Shown here in pieces: positions 60,732 to 64,000 of a stretch of 64,000 bases of DNA (positions are counted from its first letter, which is position 1; the number at the start of each line of letters is the position of its first letter). The translations under genes and the position numbers were made by a program. The notes under the pieces are model-generated. The model was not told the DNA's origin. It saw only the letters and a list, made by a program, of their open reading frames with translations, and made no database searches. Origin of the DNA: an uncultured bacterium (GTDB taxonomy: Bacteria; Oederibacteriota; JAAXVQ01; JAUVAV01); assembly GCA_963710755.1 (NCBI GenBank), contig CAVQBK010000003.1, forward strand, positions 1,403,108-1,467,107, written 5' to 3'.

Positions 60732-61841
60732 ATGAATACTTTCATAAGCGCCTATTCCACAGCCGCCACTGCCGAAAGTGCAGCAGCGGAAATTAATAAA
60801 GCTTTTTCAGCCCATGACCCTGGTATGGTCATTTTCTTTGCCTCCAGTGCCTTTGATCTTGACCAGTTGGGCAAGGCCATTAAACAGGGTGTTCCCAAGG
60901 CCGAGGTTATGGGGTGCTCAACCGCCGGAGAACTTGTTTCAGGGAAAATGTTGAAAAATTCAGTGGTGGCTATGGGCTTGAGCAGAACGGTAGTGCCGCA
61001 AGTGCATCTGGAAGTGATTGAAAACATGAGCAATGGCGGTGATGTGGCCGGAGCCTTTGCCGGGTTTGAAAAAGCCTTTCAACAATCAATGGCCACCATG
61101 GATCCCAAAGCTTACGTGGGAATTGTGTTGGTGGACGGCATGTGTGGGGCTGAAGAAAAGCTGATTGATAAGATCGGGGATATGACCAATGTTTTGTTTG
61201 TGGGTGGATCGGCCGGCGATGACTTGAAATTCGAGACCACCTATGTTTTTGCCAATAACCGTACCTATACCAATGCGGCCGTATTGGCTCTGTTAAAACC
61301 GGGCGTGCCCTTTGATATTCTTAAAACGCAAAGCTTTAGAGATATGAAAAAGAGCCTGGTAGCTACCAAGGTGGATGAAGAGAAACGGCAGGTGGATGAA
61401 TTTAACGGCCAGCCCGCTTTGAAAGCCTACAGCGAAGCCCTGGGCGTGAGTGAAGAGGAAGCCAAGAACAAGTTCATGAGCAATCCTGTGGGATTGCTGG
61501 TGAATGACGAACCCTTTGTGCGCAGTCCCCAGCGTGTCATCGGGGAGAGCATGGTCTTTTACTGTTCGGTTCTGAAAAACTCAGAGCTGACGCTACTGCA
61601 ATCCATGAATATCGTGGAAGATACCCAAACAGCCCTGTCAGCTAAAATCCAGGAAATGGGATCATTGTCGGGCATACTTAATTTTCACTGTATCCTGAGA
61701 ACTCTGGAATTGGAAGCCGAAAAGCAGACCGATGCTTACGGGCAATTGTTTAAAGATATTCCCACCATTGGTTTCAGCACCTACGGTGAAATTTATTTGG
61801 GCCACATCAACCAAACGTCCACCATGCTTTTGTTCAAATAA
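60732..61841 (+). CDS. FIST signal transduction protein (FIST_N + FIST_C)
   Basis: GCSTAGE, GGSAGD, NGQPA, HCILR, GFSTYGE, HINQT. Confidence 0.92.
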   Translation: MNTFISAYSTAATAESAAAEINKAFSAHDPGMVIFFASSAFDLDQLGKAIKQGVPKAEVMGCSTAGELVSGKMLKNSVVAMGLSRTVVPQVHLEVIENMSNGGDVAGAFAGFEKAFQQSMATMDPKAYVGIVLVDGMCGAEEKLIDKIGDMTNVLFVGGSAGDDLKFETTYVFANNRTYTNAAVLALLKPGVPFDILKTQSFRDMKKSLVATKVDEEKRQVDEFNGQPALKAYSEALGVSEEEAKNKFMSNPVGLLVNDEPFVRSPQRVIGESMVFYCSVLKNSELTLLQSMNIVEDTQTALSAKIQEMGSLSGILNFHCILRTLELEAEKQTDAYGQLFKDIPTIGFSTYGEIYLGHINQTSTMLLFK

Positions 61842-62232
61842 ACCGCTACTATTGCCTCGGTGATACTCCTTAAGATGTGACTATTTCCCTTTCTAACACC
61901 TGCTGCTAATTTTTCTTTAAGAACATCTTTTTAATTTTAATTCATTACGGTGATGATCATCTCCCAATTAATAATCCTTGGATAAAACATTAGAGAATAA
62001 ATGAATTATTAATAATATGATTGATAAATATAATTTTAAATAATTCAATTCCAAAAAAAATAAATATATTTTTAAAGATTTTATTCATTATGACGTTACT
62101 GATATTCGAATGTTATCAAGAGAAATAATTAATGAAAATCCAACGATTAAAGGGGGTGAAGAATAAAAACAAAAGAAAGAAAGAGCACGTATTTACCACC
62201 ATGGTATTTAAAAAAAGAGGAGGCATTAATTA

Positions 62233-63342
62233 ATGAAAAAACACTTCTACACGACACTTAGGAACGCTTTGCTTGTGGCTGTTGGCCTTGGGTTGGCAGC
62301 TCAACCGGCATTGGCTGAGACAGGCCAGGGGTTGCCGCAAATGACCTTGTACGGGTTTGCCCACTTTGCCACCAGTTATTCCACTGGTGCGACTCCAGTG
62401 GGAAATTATGGGCTTTATGTTGAATCGGGCAGTCAGGATCCTGATTTCAACATGACCGCCAACTTCAGCCGTTTGGGCTTGAGTGTCAAAGGCCTGGACA
62501 CAGAAACCGAAGCTGTTAACGGAAAGATCGAATTCGACTTTTACGGAGGTGGTTCTCAAGCCAAGGCGCTGATCAGGATGCGTCAGGCTTATGTGGAAAT
62601 GGTCTTGAAATCCATGGACCTCAGTATTTTGGCCGGGCAAAGCTGGGATATAGTTTCTCCGCTTATTCCCCCGACCGTTAATATTGGGATCTTGTGGTAC
62701 ACCGGCAACTTGGGTTATCGTCATCCCCAATTCCGCATCACCAAAGGCCTTGGTCCTGTGACCGTCAAGTTGGCGGCCATGCGCCCCATGGCCAATGTAG
62801 GCGACACTGGTTATAAATATGAAACGCCCATGATTCAAGGTAGCCTCGGCTATGCCTTGGGCAAGAAAGGCTATATCGGCGTGTCCGGGCACTACAGCCA
62901 GGATGAAACCGGGGAAGCTAATGCCAAAACCTACAACGAGTCCCATGTGATAAGCGCTGAATTAAAATTGCCCTTGGGCGACATGCTGACCTTGCAGGCG
63001 GAAGCCTACAAAGGCACCAATGCCGAGATTGTGATGGGCGGCATCGGCCAGGGTGTGGTCAACGGCAAAAGCTTGAATGCCAAAGGCGCCTGGGCGTCAT
63101 TGTCGGTGGCTCCGTTTAAGGGAACCAGTTTCAATTTGTACGGCGGTATTGACACTGCTCAGGACGATCAATTGGATCCTGGCGGCCGTTCCCAGAACAC
63201 CAATGTGGCTTTGAACATGATCACCACGGTTATGGAAAAGGTCAGCCTCGGACTGGAAGTGGGACAATGGAATACCCAGTACAAAGATGCTGAAGACGGC
63301 CAGGCCCTGCGCGTGGACGGCAGTCTGAAATATGCATTTTAA
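62233..63342 (+). CDS. Outer-membrane porin (DcaP-like)
   Basis: Signal peptide, LYG, SRLG, GKIEFDF, RMRQAY, LAGQSW, PQFR, terminal KYAF. Confidence 0.8.
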   Translation: MKKHFYTTLRNALLVAVGLGLAAQPALAETGQGLPQMTLYGFAHFATSYSTGATPVGNYGLYVESGSQDPDFNMTANFSRLGLSVKGLDTETEAVNGKIEFDFYGGGSQAKALIRMRQAYVEMVLKSMDLSILAGQSWDIVSPLIPPTVNIGILWYTGNLGYRHPQFRITKGLGPVTVKLAAMRPMANVGDTGYKYETPMIQGSLGYALGKKGYIGVSGHYSQDETGEANAKTYNESHVISAELKLPLGDMLTLQAEAYKGTNAEIVMGGIGQGVVNGKSLNAKGAWASLSVAPFKGTSFNLYGGIDTAQDDQLDPGGRSQNTNVALNMITTVMEKVSLGLEVGQWNTQYKDAEDGQALRVDGSLKYAF

Positions 63343-63415
63343 GCAAAATACGCACCAGAGGTGACTTTGGTGCGGGTTTAATTCCATTATTCATTTAATG
63401 AAAGGGGAAAAGTAA

Positions 63416-64000
63416 ATGATCTCATTGTTCAAGAAATTCCAATCTGTCCTCATGGTGGCTGTGAGCGTATGCCTGCTGACCACAATGAGTATTTCCGTGA
63501 GTTCTGCCCGTGATCTGGACGATATTAAAAAAGACGGCGTGCTTCGCCACTTGGGTGTGGTCTACGCCAATTTTGTTAAGGCCGATGGTGACGGGCTGGA
63601 TGTGGAATTGATGAAACTGTTCGCCAAACACCTGGGTGTCAAATATCAACATGTGGATACCACCTTTGGCACCTGTATTGCAGATCTGACCGGCAAGCAA
63701 GTCAAGGCCAAGGGTAATGACATTGAAGTGCTCGGTGATGCGCCTGTGAAGGGTGATGTTATTGCCAACGGGCTGACCCAACTGCCGTGGCGGGAAAAGA
63801 TCGTCGATTATTCAGAACCCACCTTCCCGACGCAAGTGTGGTTGATGGCTAAAAAAGGCACCATCAAACCTCTTAATTTGACCGGTAATATCGACAAGGA
63901 CATTCCCATGGTGAAAAAGACCATGGAAGGTCTGGCCGTGCTGACCAAGGAAAAAACCTGCCTGGCCCCTTCGCTGTATCAATTGGATAAAGCAATACAT
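63416..64000 (+). CDS. Periplasmic substrate-binding protein family 3 (partial, runs off the window)
   Basis: ATG 63416 after AAGGGG; MISLFKK..signal..RDLDDIKKDGVLRHLG..YANF..GLDVEL..FA..LGVKY..GDVIANGLT.LPWR..YSEPTFPTQVW; no stop seen before the window end. Confidence 0.88.
   Translation, partial: MISLFKKFQSVLMVAVSVCLLTTMSISVSSARDLDDIKKDGVLRHLGVVYANFVKADGDGLDVELMKLFAKHLGVKYQHVDTTFGTCIADLTGKQVKAKGNDIEVLGDAPVKGDVIANGLTQLPWREKIVDYSEPTFPTQVWLMAKKGTIKPLNLTGNIDKDIPMVKKTMEGLAVLTKEKTCLAPSLYQLDKAIH

Noticed and set aside
62106-62130. SAM-I start (TTATCAAGAG)
   Set aside because: The following sequence is AT-rich with no P2-P4 elements.
1-64000. CRISPR array, tRNA/rRNA, IS/transposase, prophage, selenocysteine or stop-codon recoding
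   Set aside because: None seen by eye: no regularly spaced repeats, TGA ends many genes normally, and the redox motifs use Cys. Dedicated scans were not run.

Overview
A 64 kb gene-dense accessory region of a diderm bacterium (TolC, porin, lipoproteins; standard genetic code; moderate GC with several AT-rich patches). A Thr/Pro linker plus YPNP-type C-terminal domain hints at an uncultured lineage such as FCPU426/Goldbacteria-like organisms, but this is only a guess. I found no rRNA, tRNA, CRISPR array, transposase or integrase. Content is mostly transport, envelope stress, redox and repair. It includes two ABC-2 exporters, an AlkZ-like glycosylase divergent from an ATL gene, a complete DUF4266-DUF3570-ApbE-CcdA/DsbD-TlpA flavinylation operon, MgtA coupled to a PTS EIIA protein, two TolC+RND operons with no adaptor gene, cydAB, a DegP/PfpI/ferritin-like stress cluster, a FIST protein, and a porin with a substrate-binding protein. 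Three genes are disrupted (DUF4091-like, patatin, hrpB). The best leads are: (1) three tandem flavinylation-type motifs at exact 11-residue spacing in DUF3570; (2) a perfect 26-bp palindrome over the DUF2239 promoter; (3) an unannotated 31-aa two-His membrane peptide that mirrors the last helix of the gene upstream; (4) a duplicated ABC-permease 3' end, diverged almost only at synonymous sites, bracketing an orphan gene; (5) the adaptor-less RND-TolC pairs. All family calls come from motif recognition by eye, not database searches.
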